NCBI GenBank assembly: GCA_964016885.1
Contig: OZ024747.1
Location: forward strand, 75,392,001-75,456,000
Reading direction: 5' to 3'
Origin: Eledone cirrhosa
Lineage: Eukaryota
DNA: 64,000 nucleotides
Below the pieces are notes generated by a model that saw nothing but the letters and a program-made list of their open reading frames with translations, had not been told where the DNA came from and did no database searches. The position numbers and the translations under genes were made by a program. Shown here one piece after another: positions 39,763 to 52,828 of the stretch. Position 1 is the stretch's first letter, and every line of letters begins with the position of its first letter.

Positions 39763-42039
39763 TATACACAATCACACATACATATATATACCTATATATA
39801 TATACATACATATACATACATATATGTATATACATGCATACACATGTATATATATATATATATATATGAAATGTATGCATCCCCACGCAAATGACTGTAA
39901 TCATAATCGTCGATCACTATAAATCAGGAGCGGTCAAAATATATTTTCGTGTTGAGATTTCTGTGGAAACATTAAACTTGCTAGATAGAATAACGGATCT
40001 ATCAGCCATCCTTGAGGAAGGTTTTCATTAAAAAAAACAACAGATTTCTACCTTAATATAATTAACTTTTTGATGAAATAACATTAATTATAAACAAGTA
40101 TGACACGATCTAAAGTTAATTGATAAAAACGAGTGATCCTCCGTCGATTTCGGCGATAAGCTATCATTTGTTTGATCAACTGAACAAAGTTTGTCTCGAG
40201 CCCAGATTCCTATCGGGCCGATGATTATCCCGGTTTCCAAGACGTCAAGCGACTGAGAGTACACAACTCCGTCACTGGACAGGACGCCAGTCCATTGCAG
40301 AGTTAAAGTCCCAACTATTGCTGGTATTCATTTTCAGCCGAGTATACTGGAGCAACTTGAAATAAAATACAATACACAATGCTGTTCAAGAATCGAACCT
40401 ATGATTTCTCGCTTAATTCTGAACCGTTCAGACATGCTTGACTCCATTAATTGTTAATACAAAGTTAGCATTAGAGCAAGGGAAAATTTTCGAGATAACA
40501 TATTTTAGAATTCCACAATAAAATTTTCTAGAATTTCCGCGAGGAAAAAAGGGTGCCCTATACACAATTTGGGATAGGGGCATAAAAATGTGATCAGGTG
40601 GGGCCACATATAAAGATAATTGCTAAGCCACGCGCAGTTTACTGAACGGCTTCACATAAACACACACTTCTGAGCAAGATATTCCACCAGTAACTATTCC
40701 ATCCTTTTCTTTTGTGCAGGGAGCCCAGAATGTATCCTTTTCTGAGAGAGAAAGGCATAATTTGAGGCAATTTAACTATTATTTCTAGCAGACCGTGTTA
40801 CCACATATGTCCTCTCGTTGGTTTGAAAGTCTTACATTATTCAACGAAGGTGTTACCATTAAGAAACATTTGTTTATGAGGGTAGCCACAATTTTTACAT
40901 TTCATCTTCCAATATTTTCATACAAGAATTCAAATATATCACACAAGTCTTGCATCCCCATTAAATTCTTGTGTAAAATATATTAACATAGATATATTTA
41001 GCATTTTAAAATAATATAATGGTTTAATATATATTTTGAAATATTAGCTTTATCGAGATTTGGGATCTGTTTTTAGTTCTTCAAGCTTTTATTGTTTGAA
41101 GCTAAGTTAATTATGGAGAACAGAATTGAATTCTTCAAATTTAAATCAGTCAATCGTGAGCACAGTTTATCTTTTCATCAGTAATATAACTGAAAGTATT
41201 TCTTTACATTTGTGCTTCGTTTGTTCACATCTGTATGCTGTTCTGAAACGATAGATGTAACCTTGTAACCTTTCTTATTTCCGAAAAATGTTCACGAGGT
41301 AATTACTGCCAAAAATTAATCATGTCAACAGAACTTGGAGTCGGGGGAAACATCCTCAAATTTCATTTTCATAATGACTTTGTTTTCAAGTCGAGAAGTT
41401 TCGTTTATATGTTACTACGCATTTAGATTATCTTTGTTAACTATGGGAAAATTTATTTATAAATGCAAGTATGCAGTTTTCCTAGGGACTTTCAAATGGC
41501 TTTTGCAATAGAAATGTTTGTAGAATCGCTATTATCCACACCCCACCTAGTTTGCTTTTTAAATGCAGAAACAGGATCAAACAGTTTTAATTTCATGTGA
41601 AATGCATTAATATTATTTTATCAAGCCAGGAAACGTTTTCTCTTTGCACAGCAGTTTCAAATTTCTATAATTGAACTGTTTGGTTACATCAACCAAAATG
41701 CTAAATCAAATAGCCACTTGTTATCACTTATAAGAGCTCATGTTTCAAATGAATTACTTTTTTTTTTATTCTACAACATTGAGAACAGTTTTTTTAGTAT
41801 CAAACATCTATGTAGAGACTTGTCATCTAGAAAACTTGTGTAATTCACAATGAAGGACGTGGCTGCTATTTCCAAACCTTTTATTACGTGATTTCTTTGA
41901 ATTTAAGTCTGTTCAATGTTCGTGCTTTAATTTCATTGACATGTTTCCCAACCATTGACATGATAATTGCATATTGAAAGCTTTTCCAAACAAAGGCTCT
42001 TGGTCAATGGTGAAGTGATATTCAGTTTAATGGTTTCTG

Positions 42040-42440
42040 ATTTAGGCACAAGGCCAACAATTTGGGGGAGAGAAAAAATCGATTAAATCGACCCCAGCAC
42101 TTTATTTTATCGACGCTGTAAGGATGAAAGGTAAAGCTAACCACGATGGGATTTGAACTCAGAACGTAAAGGAACGTAACCTTATGACACAAAGCATGCT
42201 GTACAACACTCAACCGATTCTGCCAATCCACTGCCCTGATATTTAGTATAATTGTTTCTACATTTTGGCACAAGGCCCGGAATTACCTAGTGCATTACTG
42301 GTACTTTATTTTATCGACCCCGTAAGGATGAAAGGCAAAGTTAACCTCGACGGGATTTGAACTCAGACCGTAAAGGGACGTAACTATGCTGGAAAGCATG
42401 GCGTCCGACCCTCTACCGATACTGTCATTCACCGCCCTTA
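42040..42440 (-). mobile_element. Two tandem Deu/Nin-domain tRNA SINEs
   Basis: Two copies of tttattttatcgac...taaggatgaaagg...ggatttgaactcag; related copy at ~32215-32322. Confidence 0.75.
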
Positions 42441-43200
42441 TTTAGTATAATACGAGCGAGAAAGTTTCCAAGTAAAGTATTTGTCCTGCCAAACCAGTCC
42501 TAGGTAGAGCTCCGCCAGTACAAATACTGACGAATTTAGTGGAAGTTTCACGTAGATTCGAACATGACTTTCTTACATATGGCGGTATTTCTTGTTTTCC
42601 ATGAAACGACTTAAGATCGATAAGATGCTACAATTGTTTTCAATTCCATCCTCACCACCACCACCATCCTCACCACCACCACCATCCTCACCACAACCAC
42701 CACCATCATTACCACCACCATCATCATCATCATCTTCTTCATTATCATCCTCCTTCTCAACATCACAAGCATCATCACCAACATCACCTCCATCATCTTC
42801 ATCCGCCTCACCACTACCACCACCACCGTTTTGATGTTTGTTCTACACAATTTTTTATCGATATACTCGCTATATTTATTTGTACAAGTATACACTGATA
42901 TCAATGTTCTTTTCAGCTCAAGTTGATTTACTTTTCTTTGAAGGTTAGTATAATGCTAGCTACTTAGAAAGAAGAAAGTATAGTTTAAATAGATAATTAA
43001 ATAAATAATTACTGTCTTAATTTAATCTCGTGATATACTATTTCGTACTTGAATTCATTATATATTGTATTAACAAATACAGACATGACATATTTTCCAC
43101 GAAAATCACTTTCATTGGACGTGTGAAAAAAACTTACTGAAATTGTCTTTTTTGCCTCATAAAATGATCATGTAAAATAGGGGGTACATCTTATAATCAG

Positions 43201-43266
<66 letters not shown>

Positions 43267-43470
43267 GAGGAGCTTACGAGTGCAGAGTCAGGTTCGATCT
43301 ATAATAGATCCTGCTTTGAGCTGATCGTCGGAGAAGCATATGTAATATGTTAATAAATTGTCTTTTAATGAATCACTGATTCCTCGTTATCTATAAGTAT
43401 ATACTCTGCTCTGCATGAGCATCGAGTGCTCAAATGACATACCGCCTACGGACGCAGTTATTGCAACCTT

Positions 43471-43546
<76 letters not shown>

Positions 43547-43745
43547 TATTTACGTATCGAGAAAGAGAGAAAAAGGAGGGATAGGTGATACATATAGTTA
43601 TTTGCCAAGTAGCGTATGCCAAAGGTGCTCGATACTAGTGCCGGCAGTATTAAATATTCGAAGTGTTAATATTTAGTGGGCTAGAGAGTTAGCAGAGCGT
43701 AAGCACGTGGGAAAGTAAAAATTCGGAGAATAGACCGTTAAAACA

Positions 43746-43807
43746 TGTTTATTTAAAATATCACCTACGTACGTTTCGCCCAGTTGGGCTTCTCAAGGGC
43801 ATAAACA
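43746..43807 (-). ncRNA. Minimal type I hammerhead ribozyme in PLE 3' pLTR
   Basis: UUGAGAA core (U3-A8 variant), stem II GCCC/GGGC, GAAA, palindromic AC-GUAC-GU stem III, GUA site; stem I ugUUUAU/AUAAAca. Confidence 0.75.
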
Positions 43808-44095
43808 ATCACAAGTGTTCCCTATAGAGTTCGGAAAGAGTTTTGGGGGTTAAATCTACATCAAGATTCATTGCTCGCAGAAATATCTTGTTTTGATTTT
43901 GCAGCAGGTCAAGGTAGGTAACTCTGGCCGGTGTTAGGGCAGTCTTTCCCGGATAATTTTTTTTTTTTTTTTTTCTGCCGCATCCGTTTGTCTGAGGCTG
44001 GGTCTGGTATGCAAGGATTGTTTTCTGGGTGTTATTTTGCTGCGCCTGCCCGCCGGGGTGTTAAGACTTGTTGCAGGGAGATCCAGTGTACTATT

Positions 44096-46258
44096 TCACT
44101 CTTCATTCTTAATCCATCTAAAGAAGGATATTTTTAAGCAATGTGTACAACTTATCGCTGTTTCGGCTCTGCTGTTGATGAGCTCGTGGGGTGCAGTTAT
44201 GATGTGGTAGAGTTCCATGAGGCAAAGATCGCATTTCCTCTTGAAGTTGTACGGTGCAGCCCTGCCGACAATCTCCCAGTGCGTGGAGAAGCTGATGTTT
44301 AAGTCCTTTAGTGATGTGATGTAGTCCGCGAGCGAAGTGGAATGCCTTAGTTTTCTATTTGTGAAAGAGTGGAGATGTGTTCGAAACCTAATTTTGAACG
44401 GGCCGGAGGTGGCCCCTATATAATGTTTAACGCTATTGTGGCTAGTAATAGTGCATCTATATATAACCCTATCAGTCAAGCAGTATCCTCTAAGGGGGCA
44501 GCGTCCTCTGTCGCGGCAGTTGCAATTTCTGTTGCGGTTCCGTCTATTTCCCACGGTAAGGCTATCATTGTGGCTGCTTACGTTGTTACCTACGCTACCG
44601 CAGCTGTCGTTAGCACAATTACAACCCACAGCACGCGGGATGGTGCGATTGTTATTCCGCACGTCATGTTCTGCATGTTCCCCAGTCACTTCGCGGTCAT
44701 TCTGGTTGCGTCTGCGGATGTCGTTGCCAACACTATTGGATGCTGTCAGGGAGTTGTTAAGGCCGATATAGTTATTGTCAGGTGTAGGTGCGTCTGTGTC
44801 GAGGTGCTGTGTCTTGGTGATCTTACTGTGGTTCGTTGTTCCTATGATGTCTGCTAGGTTAGGAGTAGTAGAGAAGGATATTTTTATATTGTTCCTATTA
44901 AGAATTTTTCTATACCTATGGTTGGGTGGGAAGTTCTTCTCTAAGGCTTCGAAGAATATCCGGGGTATGTTGGAAGCCACACTTCGAGAGTAGGGGGGGG
45001 GGGGGGACCATAGGACGTTACGGTGGCGATTACGTGTCCTTGTACTTTTGCTACGGGTGGTTCCATCTAAGTGATCGCTCTTATGTGTGTTAATGCGCTG
45101 TCGCACGTTCGGTGCCCCTTTCACTTTATGTTCGGGTGCACTCTTTCTACCTCTTCCATGTTTATGTACACGAAGATGTTGGTTGGAAGGCGTTGGTAGT
45201 AGGCCGTCGCCTTTGTTGGTTTTGTAATAGGGGAATAGTTTGAGTAATCTACAGTAATCACCGTCGCCGGGGACGTGATCTTTGGTGCGGTTATCTATTC
45301 TATTATATCCGACTTTCACGAGGTCGCCGCGTGATCGGTTATAGGTATGGCTTACTATAACGTTAGTTTTATGAGGGGGGTGGTTTCTAGAGCTAGCGTT
45401 AGGGATGTAGGAAATTCCTCGGTTAAAGCCGGCGCTTATCAGGGCCCTATTGTAGTAATCGGCCGCTTGGTTGAAGATATCCTCATTGGCGGATAGCCTC
45501 GAGATTCTATGTGAGATACTATAGACTATGGAGTTGAGAGTCTGCTTAGGGTGGTTGGAGGCATAATTAATATAAGAGAGGCACTCTCCAGGCTTATGGT
45601 ATGGCTTGTATAAGCCCGTACTCAGCTCCAGGGTCACGTCCAGGAAGTTGACAACCCTGTGGTTGAGGTCCATAGTTACGGATAGGCCGTATGACTTAAA
45701 GAACCTGTGTATATGTTTGTTAAGGTTCTCTATCCTACGGGGGCTATGGTTCCTAACGGTAAACAGGGCGTCGTCCCTATATACACCTCCTTGTAGGGCC
45801 GGTATTTCTTCCCTAAGCTTATGTAGGAGGTATATCCCAACCAGGTCAGTTGCTTGCGCTGAGTCGCTGGACCCCATCGTGACATCGAAGTTATCAGGAC
45901 GGTTGGTTCTGGTCCAGTGGGAGCCTTCGAACTGGATAATGGTTCTACGTGCCGCTAGAATTATGTCTATTTCTTTTTTGGTGAGGCTAGTGTTAGATCT
46001 AGCTAATATAAGTGCCTTATTTAAGAGTATGGGGGAGATAGAGGCGTAATAGCTATCTATATCAAACTGGATGAATTTCAGGGTGGCTTTATCCGGCAAC
46101 TCGGTGAACCAATTTATGACCTGGTTGGTGTTGCCCCAGAGGCAGACCTTAGCCTTTCTATTAAGCTCGAGTAGTACTCTGTCGAGGATCACTTTACTAA
46201 TCTTACCTATATCTGATGTAGAGGGGCATATTAGTCTAATAGATGGGCTTTCATTATA
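44096..46258 (-). CDS. PLE ORF (N-truncated): reverse transcriptase, Cys-rich linker, GIY-YIG endonuclease
   Basis: Frame stays open upstream of the called GTG (SIRLICPSTSDIGKISKVILD); FIQFDIDSYY, FDVTMGS, YRDD (45770-45781), NFLDVT, SNHP; CNCRDRGRCPLRGYC; VIY...YIG...FKIRFRTH...CDLC...E...N. Confidence 0.92.
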   Translation of the reverse strand, partial: YNESPSIRLICPSTSDIGKISKVILDRVLLELNRKAKVCLWGNTNQVINWFTELPDKATLKFIQFDIDSYYASISPILLNKALILARSNTSLTKKEIDIILAARRTIIQFEGSHWTRTNRPDNFDVTMGSSDSAQATDLVGIYLLHKLREEIPALQGGVYRDDALFTVRNHSPRRIENLNKHIHRFFKSYGLSVTMDLNHRVVNFLDVTLELSTGLYKPYHKPGECLSYINYASNHPKQTLNSIVYSISHRISRLSANEDIFNQAADYYNRALISAGFNRGISYIPNASSRNHPPHKTNVIVSHTYNRSRGDLVKVGYNRIDNRTKDHVPGDGDYCRLLKLFPYYKTNKGDGLLPTPSNQHLRVHKHGRGRKSAPEHKVKGAPNVRQRINTHKSDHLDGTTRSKSTRTRNRHRNVLWSPPPPYSRSVASNIPRIFFEALEKNFPPNHRYRKILNRNNIKISFSTTPNLADIIGTTNHSKITKTQHLDTDAPTPDNNYIGLNNSLTASNSVGNDIRRRNQNDREVTGEHAEHDVRNNNRTIPRAVGCNCANDSCGSVGNNVSSHNDSLTVGNRRNRNRNCNCRDRGRCPLRGYCLTDRVIYRCTITSHNSVKHYIGATSGPFKIRFRTHLHSFTNRKLRHSTSLADYITSLKDLNISFSTHWEIVGRAAPYNFKRKCDLCLMELYHIITAPHELINSRAETAISCTHCLKISFFRWIKNEE

Positions 46259-46291
46259 GTCTTTCCGAACTCTATAGGGAACACTTGTGAT

Positions 46292-46353
46292 TGTTTATGC
46301 CCTTGAGAAGCCCAACTGGGCGAAACGTACGTAGGTGATATTTTAAATAAACA
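46292..46353 (+). ncRNA. Minimal type I hammerhead ribozyme in the inverted pLTR copy
   Basis: Exact reverse complement of 43746-43807. Confidence 0.75.
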
Positions 46354-46392
46354 TGTTTTAACGGTCTATTCTCCGAATTTTTACTTTCCCAC

Positions 46393-46465
<73 letters not shown>

Positions 46466-46984
46466 TATATAAAGTGACTCAGGGCAAACGACTTCCCCTG
46501 GACAGGACACCAGTCCATCGCAGGGTTAAACCCCCAGCTATTGCTGATACTCGTTTGGCGGTTATCAATCTGCACCCCTTTATCTCCCCACCACCGTGAT
46601 TAAAATCTGATGACGACACAAAAAGTTTTTTAGTATAGATTTTTAGCGACATTTTAATAATAATCAAGCAGAATACATTTATGTTCAAAAATATTCATCG
46701 GTTTCGTCACGAATGTTTATGTGTATCTAGGAATATAATATTTAATGAGTCCTTGAGAGAAATTTAGAGAAAGTGGAGTAGGATGTATGGGAGGGGGGTA
46801 ATTGAATCGATGTTAATCAGGGACATCAGTTAACGTAGTCTACTGTTTCATTGCTTTATCTTACACACAGAAATATTGATCTATGGAAGGTGAGATGAGA
46901 TCTTGTTCCCTAGACATCGATTATCTGTAAATATGATTCCTGCCTTTCATCTTGTTTGACTGTCTGTCTATCTGTCATGCTCTA

Positions 46985-47369
46985 TCACTCATTCTCTCGT
47001 TCTCTCTCTCTCACTCATTCTCTCTCTCTCTCACTCATCCTCTCTCTCACGCATTCTCACGCTCTCTCTCTCTCTCTCTCTCATTCATTCTCTCTCTCTC
47101 ACTCATTCTCTCTCTCACGCATTCTCCCGCTCTCTTTCTCTCATTCTCCAGCTCTCCCTCTCATTCTCCCGCTCTTCCTCTCTCTCTCTTTCTCTCTCCC
47201 GCTCTTCCCCTCTCTCTCTTTCCCCCTCTCTCTCTCTCTCATTCTCCCGCGCTCTCTCTCTCATTCTACCACTCTCCCTCTCATTCTGCCGCTCTCTCTC
47301 TCATTCTCCCACTCTCCCTCCCTCTCATTCTCCCACTCTCCCTCCCTCTCATTCTCTCTCTCTCTCTCT

Positions 47370-47401
<32 letters not shown>

Positions 47402-47411
47402 AATTCTCTCT
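46985..47411. repeat. (CT)n-derived low-complexity tract
   Basis: Direct reading. Confidence 0.9.
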
Positions 47412-48297
47412 GAAGCCACAGAAGACGTTAGACGTTTTCCAATAACTTTTACAATTCCCATCTAGTACGAATCCTTGTTTTGTTTTCTTTCCTTTTCTTT
47501 ACATCTCTTTTGTTTTCTTTACCCCCCCCCCTCTCTTATTCCCCTCTCCCTCCCTCTCCATACTCCTCACACCTCCTCAGAAAATGAATTTGGCACAAAT
47601 CGTTGATAATTAAACACTTTATTACTTTCAATTTTCTCAGCATGAAACAGATATATGAAACATGGATATATACCTCTTCAAAAACAGGTTTACAACAAAA
47701 CATTGACAAATAAACACTTTTCAAGGATATTATTATAAAATAATTAACTAATTAATTAAATAATTTTCTTCTATTTTAATTTTGAGAAAATTGAAAGTGA
47801 TAAAATGGTTTCTAATTCGAACAGAAGGCAAATTTAGTGTCAATTACATTGACACCAATATTTGACTGGTACCTAGCACCCTATGAAGGCGGAATATATG
47901 TCCACATATTCTTATATGTGTACATATATTCGTATATTTGTATTTTCACATACCTATGAATGTCTTTATATGTGTATATGTATATATATATATATATACA
48001 TACACATATATATATATATACTACTTATATATATATATACTACTTATATATATATATATATATATATATCATAGGTTTTTGCATATATATGTATACATAA
48101 ACCTCCCGGCTACAGCTGAGTATAATGAAGCAACGTGAAATGAACTGTTTGGCTCAAGAACACCACACAACCCAGTCAAGGAATCGAACCTATGACATTA
48201 TGATTGTAAGCCCAACAACCTAACCACTAGGCCAGACGCCTCCATGGAACAAATGATGAAGTATTTTACATTTAAGGAATCTGGAAATTAGTTGATA

Positions 48298-48442
48298 AAT
48301 GTTGATAAATCGTGACTTAGACAAGTATTCATGATAAATCTTAAAGTAAATATTTGCTCATTTGTTTATGAGCAAACATTTACTTTACATTTACTTTAAG
48401 AGTTATCATGAACACTTGTCTAAGTTACGATTTATCAACATT
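48298..48442. repeat. ~145-bp near-perfect palindrome (fold-back / MITE-like)
   Basis: aatgttgataaatcgtgacttagacaag...tgctcat pairs with atgagca...cttgtctaagttacgatttatcaacatt. Confidence 0.85.
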
Positions 48443-50509
48443 AAAGTAAGAGTAAGTTGTAAAGTAGATGTATGGATCATAAGACAGAGTTGTATTATAT
48501 AGAAACTACTTAATGTGACAGCTGCAGTTTGATAACACCTGTCTTCCCCATTTGGAGGCTGTTGTGGTCCGTATTTGGGAAGGCGGGTCGCTGATTAGTT
48601 TAGCAGGCTGGTATTCGATTTAGGGTGTTTGGTCAGTGTTTGTGGACTGATTGGAGCAATAACAGTCTTATTTACGTATATAATAGAAAAAAAGAATGGA
48701 TAGCAAGACGATTCTTACAAGTCCCTGCTATGTTGAATTATATCCCTGATAAATAAAGTAGAGGTTGTTTAGCTCCAGTTTAACTCTGATCGACGAATAC
48801 TACGATCAAAAATATTCTAGCAATGACAAACCATCTTTCTATGAGTATCTAGGGCTGCATTAACTTATGTTGCTTTTTCTTTTCTAGCAGGTTGAATGAC
48901 CTCGTTGTATTGAGAAAAAACCCTTGATGCAGTGGTGCCCTACATTCAGCTACCAACAGCTTCATTTATTTAAGTGACTTTTCCTACGGATTTCAGCCCG
49001 CTACAGTTAATCTACTCCTAGATATAATTACAGCAAGAATAACTATCGAAAAAAGAGAAATGTTTATACTTAGAAAAGAATGAATACCCAATAGTGTTTG
49101 AATATTATGTTTTTAATAAAGTATTTGTAATTTTGAACTTAGCTGACGGACCCCCAATACAGAACCTTCACCAAGGGAGTGGGGGAATTGGAGGCCCCCT
49201 TTCCCCACATTTAAATAGTGTTCACTCATATTTAGACAAATGTAATATGTTATTACAAAACTCTGGCTTAGAATTATTGCGAATTAGTATGCCCACCCAA
49301 AATGTTCCAAAACATCCGCCGGGTACCAAAGCCTGGTGACAAGCCTGCTTCAGTACTACTTTTGCAAACCTTCAGCCTAGGGTATTGCAAACCTCTTGTT
49401 GGCAGCCACTCTCTTAAGCTGTCATATAGTAGTAGAGATTAGCTTTTTATTAGACGAAGGAAAAAGAACCGAACTTATATATATATATGTGTGTGTGTGT
49501 GTATATGTATATGTTTTTTTCCTATTATAACTTAAGGAAATATTTAATCTCTTCTAGAAAATCGCTTACTGTAATACTATTTTAAAACTTTAGTTGTTTA
49601 CTAATTTCTCATATATATATGAAAACTTAAATTCCATATAAAACAAAACACCCCCACCCCACTACCAAATACTAAAGGTGGTGGGTTGACAATTTTTAGT
49701 GTTGGACAAAATCCTTTGGTATTAAATTCCGACGTGGCTGACTTTACCAGTCATTCTAGAATAACTACCAGTAATTTCTTGGAAGGTGTAGAAATGTGTA
49801 CTTATGTCTTAGATTACAATATTATGGGACCACTTTCTTTTCTCAATTTGATTGATGAGGACAACAACAAAAAGAAAAACAATCTTTTCTCTAGTGTCAT
49901 TTACTGTTTTTTTCTTGCTTTCATCCTTTCTTTCATTCCTTCTTTCTTTCTTTTTTCTTTCGCTGTCTCTTTTTTTTTCTCTCACAAACACACACATACA
50001 CAACACAAACACAAGCGCGCATGCAAACACACAAACACAAGCACACACAAACACACACACAAGCACACACACAAGAGCACACAGAAACACACACACAAGC
50101 ACACACAAACACACACTCAAACACACACACACACACATACACACACACACACACACACACAAACATGTAAACACGCATACAAACACAAGCACACACACAA
50201 GAGCACGCACAAACAAAGACAGATACACGCACGTAAATACGCATGCAAACATACACGTACATACACACATATCTGTCTTATTCTTCAGCTACAATTTAAA
50301 ATGGTGTCATTATTCAATTACTTAGTTTGTGCTCATTAATTCAGTTTGGATGTTCAATAGGTGACGTTTGTTATTTCTTCTATAAACCCCAACTGGTTGG
50401 AAGTGAAAATGTAATATTCATTGATTCAGCTACAGTCTTATTATCTGTCACCATCAGAGACTTTGGTTTCACGTCATAAAGAACACTACTTGACAGCTGT
50501 CGTAGAAGA

Positions 50510-51102
50510 GCAACACAACACACAACAACACATAACAACACACAACAAAACACAACAACACACAACACATGACAACACACAACACACAACAACACACAAC
50601 AACACATAATTCACTACAACACACAACACATAATTCACTACAACACACAACACATAACAACACACAAAAATACATAACAACACACAACAACACACAACAG
50701 CACACAACAACACAACAATACATAACAACACACAACACACAACAACGCACAACACATAATAACACATAACAACACACAACAACACACAATAACACACAAC
50801 AACACACAACACACAACACACCACAACACACAACAACGCAACAACACACAACACACAACACACAACAACACACAACAACACACAACAACACACAACAACA
50901 CAACAACACACAACAACACACAACAACACAACACACAATTTACAACATACAACACACAACAACACACAACACACAACACACAACACATAACACACAACAA
51001 CACACAACAACACAACAACACATAACACACAACACACAACAACACAAAATAACACATAACAACACACAACACACAACAACACAAAAACACAACAACATAA
51101 CA
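50510..51102. repeat. CAACA/CACAA-rich degenerate microsatellite
   Basis: Direct reading. Confidence 0.9.
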
Positions 51103-51655
51103 AAATATGAGACGTAAAGAAAGGTTATTTGATTTATTTATCTATTGTAGCTTTAGAATTTGTTAGTCCCGCAAAAGCACGGATCTGCTAATTGCAGGTT
51201 TTACTTGGCTCTTGCTGATTGGAGGAGTAATTCTGAGAGACCCAGGTCAAGTTACTCTCTTTGAAGTCCCAGGTTTACTTAATTTCTCAGCATTATGAAT
51301 CGACATTTAGTAATTTTCCACACGAGTGACATTAAAATGAGAAAGCTTTTCAGTTTTCAATAGCTGTTGCATCCCAGACAGGATTAAGCCCAGAACTGTA
51401 ATTATTTGGGTATTGTTAATTCGGATAGAGTGCTTTGTAGCATTCAGTTCAAATCCCGCCTGGGTCAACTTTGCCGTTCATCGATCCAAGGTCATTAAAA
51501 TATTTACTAGTCTGGTACTGGAGTTAATTCTTCCTCTGTGTCACTTTCTTATTACCATTTCTTATTACCATTGTTTATAAACCTTATTTAGCCATTCCAT
51601 GAGAGTTATTTGGTCAGCCTATGAACTTTTAGGACTATATATATATTTGGGTGTG

Positions 51656-51764
<109 letters not shown>

Positions 51765-51943
51765 ATGTATATATCTATATCTATTTATTTATAGTGTTTG
51801 TGCATATGTTATGTATATATGTGTGTGAGCATTTGTATGTATATGTGTGTGAGCATTTGTATGTATATGTGTATTTGTGTATGTATAATATATATATATA
51901 TAAACACGTATATATATATATATATATATATACATATGCAAAC

Positions 51944-51977
<34 letters not shown>

Positions 51978-51992
51978 ACATATATATATATA

Positions 51993-52055
<63 letters not shown>

Positions 52056-52641
52056 ATGTATATATATATATACAAACCCGTATATATATATATATATATA
52101 CAAACCCGTATATATATATATATATACAAACCCGTATATATATATACATATACATATACATATATATATATTTATATATATATATATATATATAAACGTG
52201 TTTGTATATGTATGTATGTATAATATATATGTGTGTGATTCTGTATGTATAATATATATATATGTATATGTGTGTGTTTAGAGTGAAGTGATTGTATAAA
52301 AATGATTTAAAAGCACCTAACATATATCTAGAGAGTATACGTAACTAGAATATTCTAGTAGAAAGTCTGAAAATATATGAATTAAAGTAAAATAGATCTG
52401 CATCTTCATACAGTAAATGTTTCCTTGTAATTTTAAAATGTCCACTTATTCTTATTCTTCTCAGTTACATTTATATTATGTTGTCATATGTTTTGAGTAT
52501 TGGTTTATTTATGAAGTGAGAACGTTTCTAGATTACAAAAGCCGAGAGGTCAATGGTAGCCATTAAAGTTTTATTTGGTGTGTTATGGCCACAGCATGAT
52601 TGAATGGTTAAGTTGTTAACTTGGCAATCATTATGTTCTTT

Positions 52642-52828
52642 GGTGGATTGGCAGTATCGGTAGAGGGTCGGACGTCATGCTTTGACGCATAGAGTTACGG
52701 TCCTTTCTATTCTGAGTTCAAATCTCGCCGAGGTCAACTTTTTCTTTCATCCTTACGGGGTCGATAAAATAAAGTACCAGTAATGTACTGGGTAATTGCT
52801 GGCCTTGTACCAAAAGTAGAAACAATTA
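52642..52828 (+). mobile_element. Deu/Nin-domain tRNA SINE
   Basis: tggcagtatcggtagag, gagttcaaatc, ctttcatccttacggggtcgataaaataaagtaccag. Confidence 0.8.

Larger units (their letters stand above)
43546..46394 (-). mobile_element. Penelope-like retroelement (EN+), 5'-truncated, with inverted pseudo-LTR, inserted in (TA)n
   Basis: RT + GIY-YIG ORF; identical 135-bp inverted repeats at 43705-43839 and 46260-46394; (TA)n on both flanks. Confidence 0.93.

Noticed and set aside
44096-46258. Selenoprotein-encoding Naiad-type PLE
   Set aside because: The endonuclease is C-terminal and the ORF has no in-frame TGA.
44369-46259. Plus-strand ORFs overlapping the PLE
   Set aside because: Antisense shadows of the RT/EN ORF with no recognisable motifs.
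46600-46715. Possible additional hammerhead (ctgatga at ~46607)
   Set aside because: No matching stem II/GAAA/stem I arrangement on the same strand.
49686-51103. His/Thr- and Cys/Val-rich ORFs
   Set aside because: Translations of (CA)n and CAACA repeats.
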